From the IMG/VR virus record IMGVR_UViG_3300049783_001441: a stretch of DNA of 30,736 nucleotides, one strand, 5' to 3'. This document shows, in pieces, positions 1-9,343 of this stretch (position 1 is its first letter; the number at the start of each line of letters is the position of its first letter). The notes beneath the pieces are model-generated. The model had not been told where the DNA came from and ran no database searches. It worked only from the letters and a program-made list of their open reading frames with translations. Position numbers and translations under genes: made by a program. The stretch is from a virus. Taxonomy: Duplodnaviria; Heunggongvirae; Uroviricota; Caudoviricetes.

Positions 1-2
1 CC

Positions 3-1175
3 GAGAAAAAGAAAAAGAAGCGCGCCCGAAAGCACAAGGGCAAGTCGGGGTACGGTAACAAGCCACCGCCCATCCCTCCCGCGGCTACCCGTGCCATCCA
101 GAAGACCGAAGAGGAAAAGCAACTCGATATGAACCCTTACGGATTTCTGCGTAAGCCGTCCACACACCAAGCCGTGAAGTGGGCGTTATCGACCATCCCG
201 GTCGAGGAAGACCCGCTCCGCAAGTCGCTGGTTATCTACCAAGAGGGCGAGGTGTTCTTTGCGCAGCAAGCCGCAGAGCGGGAGTTCCGTTCATTTTATA
301 TGGATGCTTACGACGGCGACAACCTGTCGGATATGACGAAGGGTGCGCAGTACCGGGTAATTCTGGAAAACGCGCGCTTGTCGCTGCTCTTAGGGGCTAC
401 CCCGGAGCACATCAAGGAGTTCATGGACGCTCAAGCGTGGTTACAGGGGTTAGCGGGACGTTTTATGTGGGCATATGGTATCAGCGAGCGGCGCAAGCTC
501 GAATGGACCTCCACGACCCAGACAGCCGCCCGCTGGGGAGGGGCGCGGGACGCACTACGCCGTATCCACCTGACTAACTACGAAGCCAACGAAGACGCCA
601 ACGTCCCGCTACACGCGCAACGGCTGATCTCACAATGGACCGAGGAGGTAGGTTCGGGGCTTACCAACAAGGAGGACGTGGTGGTGTCCCGTCGTCGCCA
701 ACACGCGGAGAAAACCACCAAGCTAGTAGCCATCAACTGCAAGTCGAAGATGGTTACCCAGCACGCCAAGATAGCGTGCATGATTGTGGACCTTGCCAAC
801 CGGTCAGCGCTCGCGCTGTACGCCATGTGCCCGAACAGCAAACGGGACAAAGAGTACAACGCGGTTGTCGAGGTTATACGCGAGCTGTCCGAGGTAGAAG
901 AGGACCGAGACGGCAAAGTGCTGAAGGGTCGCCGGTTACCGGTGTTCTCGCAGGCCGAGGTCTACAGTGCGGTCGGGCGTGTCGAGCGAATGCAGTGGGA
1001 CTACCTCGATGGTTTGCTCAACGAGCTGGAGCATGAAGGGCTGATCACATACCAAGGCGCACCCGAGGGCGCTGCGGTTGAAAAGCAGTTCGAGTCAGGT
1101 GTCGGCGTCCATGTTCGGGACGCAACCGACCTCATACGGTGGCGCGGAACCCGCCCCGTAATCGTGGTCTCATAA
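3..1175 (+). CDS. DUF3987/YfjI-like (primase-associated, AAA+/MCM-like) ATPase with C-terminal winged-helix-like segment; 5'-truncated
   Basis: Frame is open from base 3 (EKKKKKRARKHKGKSG...), upstream of the track's ATG at 129. The segments VIYQEGE...FYMDAYDG...RLSLLLGATPEHI...GLAGRFMW and R..QHAEK...VT.HAKIA match my recollection of the DUF3987 core. LLNELEHEGLITY resembles a wHTH. Walker A is presumably outside the window. Confidence 0.55.
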   Translation, partial: EKKKKKRARKHKGKSGYGNKPPPIPPAATRAIQKTEEEKQLDMNPYGFLRKPSTHQAVKWALSTIPVEEDPLRKSLVIYQEGEVFFAQQAAEREFRSFYMDAYDGDNLSDMTKGAQYRVILENARLSLLLGATPEHIKEFMDAQAWLQGLAGRFMWAYGISERRKLEWTSTTQTAARWGGARDALRRIHLTNYEANEDANVPLHAQRLISQWTEEVGSGLTNKEDVVVSRRRQHAEKTTKLVAINCKSKMVTQHAKIACMIVDLANRSALALYAMCPNSKRDKEYNAVVEVIRELSEVEEDRDGKVLKGRRLPVFSQAEVYSAVGRVERMQWDYLDGLLNELEHEGLITYQGAPEGAAVEKQFESGVGVHVRDATDLIRWRGTRPVIVVS

Positions 1176-1212
1176 TGCGGACCTATGCCAGAGTTACTAC
1201 ACCGGAGTTACC

Positions 1213-2772
1213 ATGTTAGTCGAGGGTAAAGATTACCAGATTAGGACGCTTAACAGGCTGCTAAAGCGCATAGCCAAAGGGGTCCACCGGCAGATCCTAT
1301 CGCTACCAACTGGCGGCGGTAAAACGTGGCTGGCGCTGGCGCTCGCTGAAGCAGTAACCGACGAGCGCGTGGTGTTCGTGGTGCCTAATGAGCTGACGAG
1401 TAACACCCGCGACGGCATACGCGCTCTAGGGTACACTGGCCCGCTGAACGTGCTACGCGCCGAGTCAACCCGGCAGAAGTCAGAGCAGTGCTATGGAGCC
1501 GATTCCATACCAGCCACCGGTATTCTGCTAGTCGGCTGGTCGTCACTGCCGCTTGTGGAAGACGAGCTAGACTGGTGGATGGGGGCTGACAACGCCGGCT
1601 CGCGTAGCTACGAGTACCGCCGCGACGAAGTTCGCGCCGCCGCGGCACCGTGGGCGCGTGACCTGCCCCGTTACTATCGCCCGCGAACGTCTGCTATGCT
1701 GATTATGGATGAGGCGCATTACGGGGGTAACGAAGCCCGGTCCACGCCGATCCGCGAAAAGGCCCAAACGTGGGCGGAACCGCTGCGTATTCCAAGCGCG
1801 GTAACCCGGTGGCCAATCGCGTCCCGTGGGGCCGTCGCGTCCCGCATTACCGAACACGCCATCTGCACGCTGGCTATGACCGCCTCCACCATAACCGAGG
1901 ACCGGGCCGACATTTACGGCATAGTCCGGCTGCTAAAGTCCGCTTCCGAGACGGCGGGTATGTTCGGGCTGCACAAGGGTTACAAGTCCGAGTTTCGCGT
2001 GAAGTATTGCGGGGCCTACGATGGCCAGTACGGGCTGGTAGACGGCGACCCGCAGCACACGGAAGATCTGTTGAAACGGCTCAAGCCGCTGATGGTTCAG
2101 CCGAGTCTACCCCAGCTACGGAAGCACTTCCTACCGATAGTTACCGAGGCGCTACGGGCGCCGGTTACCCAGTGGGAGCCCGGCGAGGACGCCAAGTGGC
2201 GGCGAATGACGAAGGGCCGCAAAAAGAAAGCCGCGCTATTGCGCATTCGAAGCACGTTCAGCGCCGTAACCGGGGCTCTAGCCAAGCACAAAACCTCCAT
2301 CGTGTTCACCGAGTACAAGGCTTCCGCCTCCATTTTAGGCGAGCTGCTAGACTGTCCGGTAATCACAGGCGATACCAGCGACGACGACCGCGAGCGGATC
2401 AAGGCCCACCACAAGGCGCATGGAGGGCACGTCGTGGCCACCGTGTACGCCATGGGCCACGGGCATAACCTCCAGTATGTGGACGCGATCCTTTGCGCTG
2501 AAATCCCAGTTCGCTTGGACCTATTCCTACAGTCGGTCGGGCGCGGACAGCGACTAGGTCGCCACGACTCATTGTATCTCTACGTGGTCGCAGTGGACGG
2601 GTCTAAAGACGTGAGCACGCTCCACACCTGGGAGGGCAAGGTGGTCCAAACGCAGGCGCTCACCACGCACCAAACCAGCCACGCGGCAGAGCTTGCGGCG
2701 GACGGTTCGGCGGTAGACTGGGCCTCGGTGTTCTCGACGCTGACAGGGGAAACAGAGCTATGCGATTATTAA
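1213..2772 (+). CDS. SF2 helicase, SNF2-like
   Basis: Walker A LPTGGGKT (1303-1326), DEAH (1708-1719), motif III region LAMTAS, GHGHNLQ (motif V-like), QSVGRGQRLGR (motif VI); GGAG SD at 1204-1207. Confidence 0.9.
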   Translation: MLVEGKDYQIRTLNRLLKRIAKGVHRQILSLPTGGGKTWLALALAEAVTDERVVFVVPNELTSNTRDGIRALGYTGPLNVLRAESTRQKSEQCYGADSIPATGILLVGWSSLPLVEDELDWWMGADNAGSRSYEYRRDEVRAAAAPWARDLPRYYRPRTSAMLIMDEAHYGGNEARSTPIREKAQTWAEPLRIPSAVTRWPIASRGAVASRITEHAICTLAMTASTITEDRADIYGIVRLLKSASETAGMFGLHKGYKSEFRVKYCGAYDGQYGLVDGDPQHTEDLLKRLKPLMVQPSLPQLRKHFLPIVTEALRAPVTQWEPGEDAKWRRMTKGRKKKAALLRIRSTFSAVTGALAKHKTSIVFTEYKASASILGELLDCPVITGDTSDDDRERIKAHHKAHGGHVVATVYAMGHGHNLQYVDAILCAEIPVRLDLFLQSVGRGQRLGRHDSLYLYVVAVDGSKDVSTLHTWEGKVVQTQALTTHQTSHAAELAADGSAVDWASVFSTLTGETELCDY

Positions 2773-2792
2773 CAATTCCGCGCAAACAGGGC

Positions 2793-2821
2793 TTGACAGC
2801 GCGGGTCTCGACTGATACCTT
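2793..2821 (+). promoter_or_regulatory. sigma70-type promoter with extended -10
   Basis: TTGACA (2793-2798), 17-bp spacer, TACCTT (2816-2821) preceded by TG at 2813-2814; lies in the gap after the helicase stop. Confidence 0.75.
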
Positions 2822-2980
2822 TTGAGTGCTCACGGGTACGTTGAGCTAGTAGGACAACACAAACAAAAACAAGCGGTAGCGCACCGAGACGCGAGTGACT
2901 ATAACGACCTTGAGCCCTGGCTTGAGGTATCGTTACTAGACTTGTCCTCCGGTTACGACTACCTCGCCGGGGTCTCACCT

Positions 2981-4246
2981 ATGACTAAGAATAAGAATAA
3001 GGCTGAAAAGTCTAGCAAGTCGCACAAGTCTGAAAAGTCGGGCAAGGCTGACAAGTCGGACAAGTCGGCTAAGAAGCTCGCTAAGCGGCAAGCTGCGGAA
3101 GCGGCCATCGCTGCTGAAGCTGCTGAAGCGCAACGCGAAGCGGACGCCGCCAAGTTCGCTGCCGCGCTGGCACCAGCATCGGCAAAGCTCACGAAGGCCG
3201 AAAAGAAAGCCGCTAAGAAAGCCGCTAAGAAGCTCGCGAAGCAGGTCGACGAAGACAGCGAAGACAGCGAAGACAGCGAAGACAGCGAAGCCGAAGCCCC
3301 CGCCGCGCCAGAGCCCGCGCCGGTGGTCGACCCGTCCGTGACCCCGCTGACGTTCGGGCCGGGCAACTACGCAGAGGTCCACGTTGACGGCAAACTCGTG
3401 GGTTACTGGAACCCTGATAGCGACGGTCTGAACGTCACGTCGGTTCGCGGCTCAAAGTGGGTTGTGACCCCTAAGATCCATACGCCGGACCCCTTCGAGG
3501 ACGGGTTCGCGTTGGAGTACACGCTCTGCCCGAACACCAGCACAAACCCGGCTACTGCGGCTACTTGCGCCGTGTTCAGCCGTCGCCGCCCCGATGGGCG
3601 CTCGCCTGACGGGTTGTCTTCGATGTCGTCGGAAGGCCGTACCATCAAGTGGGCGGATTCGTGGGATCGACGGGTCACACCGGCGGAAGCGTGCGCGGAC
3701 TCGGTGATCCTCACGCGGCTTATCGAAACGGAGTTCACCGTACACACGGCGGATCCGTTCGCCGGCTCGCGTGCCCTTGCCGAGTTCCATTCCGACATTG
3801 ACCCAGAAGCACGGATGCTTGCGCCGGCCCAAAAGGAGCAAGACTGGCTGACTACACTGGGGTTGGAGTCGAAAGCCGCTGCGAAAACCGACTCCAAACT
3901 GCTCGTAGTTACTCATCCACCTGAACAGGGCGGGCTGATCCGCGAGCTAGTCTCTTGGTGCGAGGCTTCGGGGTCGGTATTGCTGGCCTACGTGTCGCGT
4001 AGCAGCCTCTTCGAGTCGGCCCCACAAGGCGTGTTGTGCAACTGGTACGAAGCTACCGCAAACGACACACCGACTGCCGCCCGCGCTCGCAAGAGTAGTT
4101 CAACGGGGCAGCGCCCAGCGGATCCCTGGGGTTGGCTGGTAGCGGGTACGGAAGAGGACGTAACCGCGGTTGACGCGTTGTTCCTGGCTGACGGTAGCGG
4201 CATGGAATGGCTCGGCGCGTACCAGCTCACCCGGCGGACAGCCTAA
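2981..4246 (+). CDS. Hypothetical protein with Lys/Ala-rich (histone H1-like) N-terminus and acidic EDS tract
   Basis: ORF track 2822..4246. I prefer ATG 2981 (MTKNKNKAEKSSK...) because TTG 2822 abuts the -10 box and would lie upstream of the expected transcription start. The stop overlaps the next ATG (TAATG). Confidence 0.8.
   Translation: MTKNKNKAEKSSKSHKSEKSGKADKSDKSAKKLAKRQAAEAAIAAEAAEAQREADAAKFAAALAPASAKLTKAEKKAAKKAAKKLAKQVDEDSEDSEDSEDSEAEAPAAPEPAPVVDPSVTPLTFGPGNYAEVHVDGKLVGYWNPDSDGLNVTSVRGSKWVVTPKIHTPDPFEDGFALEYTLCPNTSTNPATAATCAVFSRRRPDGRSPDGLSSMSSEGRTIKWADSWDRRVTPAEACADSVILTRLIETEFTVHTADPFAGSRALAEFHSDIDPEARMLAPAQKEQDWLTTLGLESKAAAKTDSKLLVVTHPPEQGGLIRELVSWCEASGSVLLAYVSRSSLFESAPQGVLCNWYEATANDTPTAARARKSSSTGQRPADPWGWLVAGTEEDVTAVDALFLADGSGMEWLGAYQLTRRTA
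3251..3286 (+). repeat. Perfect 9-bp tandem repeat (GAAGACAGC)x4 encoding (EDS)4
   Basis: Read directly from the sequence. Confidence 0.95.
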
Positions 4247-5241
4247 TGGTAACGGTGCTCGCGGCAATGGAATACTTGGAGTGGGGTGGCTCGCCATGGG
4301 GCGGCTCCACGATCGAACGGTGGGCGGGTTGCGCGAAGCAGTTCACCGACGACATACCGTATGTGTTCCCGTCGCGAGTGCCGGTGTTAGTCGGCGGGGC
4401 GGCTCACCTTTGGGGTGCCCACCTTGTCTGGTTTGACAAGGACTTTGACCAGAAGCGATGCGTGCGGCTTATCCGCGAAGGCTTCCGCGAGTGGGAAGCT
4501 GCCGGGCTGAAGCACGACGATATGAAGCTAGGGGTAAACCTCAAGCGTAAGAATCTCAAGCTGATGGACCCGACCGAGGGTCGCCTGTTCCTCCAGCACC
4601 ACGACGACATAACCATGCGGCTGCTCAAGTGGACCGAGCAAGCGAAGAGCTTCGCCCTGAACATGGTAACCGCGCTCCGCTCTGCCGGGCTCACCCCGAT
4701 TGCGGTGGAAATGCCGATATGCAGCAAACGCCGCTACAAGTTCCGGGTTGCTACCCTCACCGGGTACACCGAGTTTGAGAGCCCGGTAACTTCCGTCGCC
4801 GACGTACTCTGTGTGGACCGTCGCGGCCAGATTGTGATGGTGGACTACAAGACCACCGGCATCTTCAGTAAGGCGGACTCGATGTCGGCGGCGGCGGCGG
4901 AGGTCAACGAGCTGCAAGCGGCGGTTCACTTGGAGATCTGCGCTGAACGCGGCTGGACGTACAAGCGGATCTACGTCCATCACAGGTACCCGTATATCCA
5001 AGACGCGCTGTACTGGACCACCCCGCAAGCGGACCTCATGCGCCACTGGCTGCGCAACGGACCTATCGCACCGTATCAAGCACCTTCGTATAAGAACTGC
5101 GGCGACTGCCAAGGCACCGTAGGGTGCTGGGGTACCGGCATGGAGAAGCCGGAACTAGACAAGGAAGACCGCAAGCAAGCCCGCAAAGCGAAGCTCAAAG
5201 CCGGCGAAACGAAGAAGAGCAAAAAGACCAAAAAGAAGTAG
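4246..5241 (+). CDS. PD-(D/E)XK exonuclease, Cas4/AddB/RecB-like, with predicted Fe-S staple
   Basis: N-terminal GSTIERWAGC (Cys at 4330), VADVL...MVDYKT (DYK 4843-4851), QAAVH (QxxxY-like), C-terminal CGDCQGTVGC = Cx2Cx5C (5098-5127); start at the TAATG overlap. Confidence 0.85.
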   Translation: MVTVLAAMEYLEWGGSPWGGSTIERWAGCAKQFTDDIPYVFPSRVPVLVGGAAHLWGAHLVWFDKDFDQKRCVRLIREGFREWEAAGLKHDDMKLGVNLKRKNLKLMDPTEGRLFLQHHDDITMRLLKWTEQAKSFALNMVTALRSAGLTPIAVEMPICSKRRYKFRVATLTGYTEFESPVTSVADVLCVDRRGQIVMVDYKTTGIFSKADSMSAAAAEVNELQAAVHLEICAERGWTYKRIYVHHRYPYIQDALYWTTPQADLMRHWLRNGPIAPYQAPSYKNCGDCQGTVGCWGTGMEKPELDKEDRKQARKAKLKAGETKKSKKTKKK

Positions 5242-5356
5242 ACCGCACCCTTGCAAGGCGTATCTCGGTGGAGTAAAGGGGGGGTAACAACCAACACCCA
5301 ACCGCTAACCGCCACCACCAACCGCCCTGCGCCACAAGCCAACAACGAGTAATTGA

Positions 5357-6367
5357 ATGCTGAATATAATTGTCGGAGGATCCGGCGTGGGTAAGACCTC
5401 TCTGGTCATGGCCTACGCGCTCGGTGACCTCCTAGTTTTGACCCCCGATAAAGACCGCGCGAAGGAGATCCGAAAAGGGCTCCGCGCTGAAAGTCGAGTC
5501 AAGGTCATACAGGTCCGAGACCTCGTGCATCTCGCTAAGGTGATGCGCGGTAAGGCCGTGCGGGAGCACGTCGGCCCCTTGCTGGTGGACGACTTCAAGC
5601 AGTTGAGCAACCTCACCGCGACCCGTTTGACGGCGGACGAGGACGGCGACCAGACCGCCAACCAGATCCACTTGGCCGTGTACGGCGCGCTGAAGCGGAT
5701 CATCGTGGGCGTGCTTGCCCAGATGGCGTCACACACGACGTTTCTGACCACGCAAGAGGAGGAGGGTGGGCCGCTGGCCTATATCTCCCCCGCCGCTGGC
5801 ACCCGCAAGTCCGCGCTGCTACTCGTAGAGGCTGCAAACATCATCATCCCACTGGCAACCATGATTCGGTTGGCCAAGATGGACGACCTGTACGACGTGA
5901 ACGACGAAGACGACGACGCAGAGAGCGCAGTCGAGGCGATTAAGCGCAAGGCAGCTGAAAAGAAAGCCGCCAAGAAAGCCAAGAAAGCCAAGAAAGCCGG
6001 TAAGTCCGAGGACAAGGGTAAGTCCGACATTGTTGTCGAGAAAGGCCCACCGCCGCGCCCCAAAGCGGTTACCTACATCGAAGTAGACTGGCCAGTGCCA
6101 GCAAAGTGGGCAGTTGCCGCCGATCTGCGCGGAACTCATTACGAGTTTCGCCAGCACACGGGCCTCACCGGGTTACTCCCGCCATACGGGCCGCTGCTCT
6201 TCGAGGGCTTGATGATTGCCCGCCCCGACGCGGAAGCGCTGGCTGTGTTGCACGCCATTCGCTCCGGGGAAATGAGGCTCCGTGGTTGCGGTTATTCCAG
6301 GGCATACCTGAACATCCAAGACCAGATCGACCTATGGGGCGACTACGTCCAGGCAGACGACATTTAG
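5357..6367 (+). CDS. P-loop ATPase, Sak4/AAA_24-like single-strand annealing protein
   Basis: N-terminal Walker A GGSGVGKT, Walker B LLVDD; position between an exonuclease and an SSB-like gene. Confidence 0.65.
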   Translation: MLNIIVGGSGVGKTSLVMAYALGDLLVLTPDKDRAKEIRKGLRAESRVKVIQVRDLVHLAKVMRGKAVREHVGPLLVDDFKQLSNLTATRLTADEDGDQTANQIHLAVYGALKRIIVGVLAQMASHTTFLTTQEEEGGPLAYISPAAGTRKSALLLVEAANIIIPLATMIRLAKMDDLYDVNDEDDDAESAVEAIKRKAAEKKAAKKAKKAKKAGKSEDKGKSDIVVEKGPPPRPKAVTYIEVDWPVPAKWAVAADLRGTHYEFRQHTGLTGLLPPYGPLLFEGLMIARPDAEALAVLHAIRSGEMRLRGCGYSRAYLNIQDQIDLWGDYVQADDI

Positions 6368-6387
6368 TAAGTAAGTAAGTAAGTAAG
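6368..6387 (+). repeat. (TAAG)x5 microsatellite directly after the TAG stop
   Basis: Read directly: tag-taagtaagtaagtaagtaag-ggttacc. Confidence 0.95.
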
Positions 6388-6464
6388 GGTTACCGGTGGC
6401 CGGAACCATTCGAGGATACCAGGGCATTCAGCCCGAAAAGACCTTCATCGGTCGGAGATATAGC

Positions 6465-7115
6465 ATGGCAAAGACTAAGAATAGCGGTTTGAGCGCGGCA
6501 GCTCGCAAGGCACTCAAGAAGATTGGCGCGTTCGACGCCCCGGAAATCGAGGGTGAGTACCTTGGTGGAGCCGGCGGCGCGTTCAACGCCCCCGGAGCCT
6601 ACGCTACCCGTAAGTGGTCCATCGGCGAGCCCGAAATCCAGACCATCGGCGACAAGATCATTGGCGTCCGCGTCCCCATCGAGTGCAAGGGACTTGCAGG
6701 CTTGCGCTTGGAACTCTCCACCGACTCGTCAAACGCCGCGCCGTTTGAGATCAACTGGAAGATCACCAAGGGTATCATCTCGGTTGCCGCTATGGATGAG
6801 GATCTTCGAGAAGCCGCTATCGAAGCGTGTACCAACCCCGGCAAAAAGGGCAACCTTGAGACCGTGATTGACGCGCTCGACAGCATCGACTCGTGTATCA
6901 TCGAAGTAGCCTACCAGATCCGCGACCACGGCTGGCCGTCTTACCGCGGCCTGAAGGCTGACACCAATGTCGAAGAGTACCAAGCTGTGTCCCTGACTCT
7001 GGAGGAGGCCGCCAAGGCCCGCGCCGACAAAAAGGCCGCTAAGGGTGGCGTAAAGAAGAAGAACCAATCCCGCAACTACGTGGAAGAGTCAGACGACGAC
7101 GACGTTGCCGAGTAA
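6465..7115 (+). CDS. Putative phage single-stranded DNA-binding protein (DUF669-like position, acidic tail)
   Basis: GGAG SD at 6454-6457 before ATG 6465 (alternative GTG 6396); beta-rich core; acidic C-terminus EESDDDDVAE; follows the Sak4-like ATPase. Function inferred mainly from context. Confidence 0.55.
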   Translation: MAKTKNSGLSAAARKALKKIGAFDAPEIEGEYLGGAGGAFNAPGAYATRKWSIGEPEIQTIGDKIIGVRVPIECKGLAGLRLELSTDSSNAAPFEINWKITKGIISVAAMDEDLREAAIEACTNPGKKGNLETVIDALDSIDSCIIEVAYQIRDHGWPSYRGLKADTNVEEYQAVSLTLEEAAKARADKKAAKGGVKKKNQSRNYVEESDDDDVAE

Positions 7116-7148
7116 CCCCGGCAACCGCTGACTAGCCCGTTTGAATAC

Positions 7149-7178
7149 GCCCGGTAGCCCACCCGCTGCCGGGCTTTT
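7149..7178 (+). terminator. Intrinsic terminator
   Basis: GCCCGGTAGC-ccaccc-GCTGCCGGGC (one G-U pair) followed by TTTT. Confidence 0.85.
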
Positions 7179-7206
7179 CGCGTGCGTATAGCGGCCTATT
7201 CCCATG

Positions 7207-7235
7207 TTGACCCCCGGCTTAGTTTGCGTTAGCCT
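7207..7235 (+). promoter_or_regulatory. sigma70-type promoter
   Basis: TTGACC (7207-7212), 17 bp, TAGCCT (7230-7235); GGAGG SD before ATG 7253. Confidence 0.7.
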
Positions 7236-7252
7236 ACCGGACTGGAGGGTCT

Positions 7253-9343
7253 ATGCTGATCGACACTGACAACTACGCCGCACGGGTTGCCTCAAGCCTG
7301 GGTGAGCAGACAGCGACGGTAATCCCGCGAGCCCTCACCGGGATGGTGCTTTCCCAGTGGGAAAGCACGATCACGAGCGACCCGGCGATGGAGCGCGGGC
7401 TGCTATTGAGCTTGTTCACGACGCCTTCACCCGGCATGGACAAACCCGCCTACCGGGCGCGCGTGATCAACACCCTCGCGCACGCCACGGTGCAAGTCTG
7501 GCTAATGCGCGGACTTGTACCCGACACCGTGACCGCGTGGGCCGCTGGCCTAGCTGCCGTGTGCGATCCGCCAAAGCCCGGTGAGCTAGGGTACATCGAG
7601 ACAATCGAGCGGGCCGCTAGTAGCGACTGGCTGGCCCAGCAAGCCATGGAGGAGGCGTTTCAGGTCATCCTTTCGTCCGAACTTGTAGTCGCCGGGAGCG
7701 GGTCACTACGGTCGCGCGTGTGGAGCCGGGTGCGCGCCATATACAAGCGCATCACGACGGATACACCGCCGCTTGACCCGCTGGTTCAGTGGGTGGCGTG
7801 CCACGTAGGCCCAGACCGCCTACCGATGCCGCGTAACTCCCAGTTCGTGAGCCCTATGCTGCACACGACGACCGCCACGAAGCTCACCCGCACGAATACC
7901 GAGGCGTCGTTTTTGGTGGGTAGTTACCTCGCGCACAACGCGACTAAGCCGGGTAGTATGCTGGCTATAGACGTAGTGGCAGCACCGGGTGAGTTTTGGG
8001 CGACCGTCGCCGCGTGGGAAACCGGAGCCAGCGCATTCGCCCAGACTAAGAAGCTCGACCGCCTGACCGCCGTGACCGTCACCGGAGCGGCTATCGAGGC
8101 TACCAGCTCGCACCCAGACCCGCCTACCGGTCGCTACATCCGGGTTGAAGACCGCTTGCTAGTCCGCGTATGGGGTGAAGGTAAGACCATGCGGCTGCAC
8201 GAACGCGCCGACGTTACGCTGCGCTATGACAGCCCCGGCGGCGGACCCGCCTACGCTATTCAACCTGCGACCGAGCCCGGCGTGGTCGTTACCGTGGACG
8301 GCACCGCCCCCGCTTGGAACGATAAAGCCGCCGCCGAAGCGCTCACGGGTGGCTACGCCCAGTACCACTACCGCCCGGCGCACCCGTCTGCGGGTCGTGG
8401 AAAAGTAGCCCAGAATGAGCGTATGCGCCGCAACTTGGCGACCCGCGCTATCGGTATCGACTTCGCGCAAGACGGCACCGCGACGGTTGAGCCCTGGTAC
8501 CTAGCGGACGGTCCGATTCCGGTTGCTTTCGGGTTCCCGAATCAGACCCCGTGGTCAGGTCCAGAGATCTCCGAGGGGCTTGCTTCGTTGCCCGCCGTGG
8601 ACGTGGTTAAGGCAAGCCCGGTTGTGGAGCCGGCGGCCACCGCAACCACGCCACCCCGCACCCAGGAAGCCCTGGAGGCCGACCCGCGTATCGAGTCGCT
8701 GTGGAGTGAAGAGGACGGTTACAACGGCTCGAAGCGCTCATGGTGGGCGGCACTGGCGCCGGGTTGGACAGTTGACGACGTGTCCACCATACACGAAGGC
8801 ACCATAGACGAGCTATTCCCGGCGCTAGAGCAGGCCGTGTACGTCGCGCCAGCGCCGGTCGTGCCGGTGGACGTGGCAGACGAGGCACCTGCCGAGTTAC
8901 CCGACCGTGCCGAGCTGCTGCCGCCAGACACGGAGCCGGGCGCAATGAACCCCGCCCGACGCGTCTACACGGATTCCGCCCCCGGTCAGTCGAACCCCGC
9001 CCGGAAGCCTGCGCCGAAAGTGGCCCCGGACCCGGCGTATGTAACCCTGGAGGGTACGTGGGCTCCCTTGTTTTCGGAGCCCGCCGTTTCCAAGTCCGGC
9101 GGTAAAGGTTCCGCCGTGTACTTCGCAGTTAGCGACCCCGGTATCAACCCCGAGCCCATGCTCGTGGTTGAGTTCCTGCCACGGGGAGACGCCCGAACGG
9201 CGGACGCCTTGCTGCTAGAAGTCGCCGACAACCTGAAGCGCTACCCCCGACCGGGCGCTCGCGTTACGTGCGTGTGGAAGCAGGTTACCCAGGAAAACGC
9301 GGACGGCAAAAGTGTCACAGTCCGCATGTTGGAGGTCGTGTAA
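7253..9343 (+). CDS. Hypothetical multidomain protein (696 aa) with Pro/Ala linkers and a possible C-terminal OB-fold
   Basis: Long ORF with strong SD and promoter; stop overlaps the next ATG. No family confidently recognised. Confidence 0.85.
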   Translation: MLIDTDNYAARVASSLGEQTATVIPRALTGMVLSQWESTITSDPAMERGLLLSLFTTPSPGMDKPAYRARVINTLAHATVQVWLMRGLVPDTVTAWAAGLAAVCDPPKPGELGYIETIERAASSDWLAQQAMEEAFQVILSSELVVAGSGSLRSRVWSRVRAIYKRITTDTPPLDPLVQWVACHVGPDRLPMPRNSQFVSPMLHTTTATKLTRTNTEASFLVGSYLAHNATKPGSMLAIDVVAAPGEFWATVAAWETGASAFAQTKKLDRLTAVTVTGAAIEATSSHPDPPTGRYIRVEDRLLVRVWGEGKTMRLHERADVTLRYDSPGGGPAYAIQPATEPGVVVTVDGTAPAWNDKAAAEALTGGYAQYHYRPAHPSAGRGKVAQNERMRRNLATRAIGIDFAQDGTATVEPWYLADGPIPVAFGFPNQTPWSGPEISEGLASLPAVDVVKASPVVEPAATATTPPRTQEALEADPRIESLWSEEDGYNGSKRSWWAALAPGWTVDDVSTIHEGTIDELFPALEQAVYVAPAPVVPVDVADEAPAELPDRAELLPPDTEPGAMNPARRVYTDSAPGQSNPARKPAPKVAPDPAYVTLEGTWAPLFSEPAVSKSGGKGSAVYFAVSDPGINPEPMLVVEFLPRGDARTADALLLEVADNLKRYPRPGARVTCVWKQVTQENADGKSVTVRMLEVV

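Noticed and set aside
4246-5241. CRISPR-Cas locus suggested by the Cas4-like nuclease
   Set aside because: No repeat-spacer array and no cas1/cas2 or effector genes in the window; the context is a recombination module.
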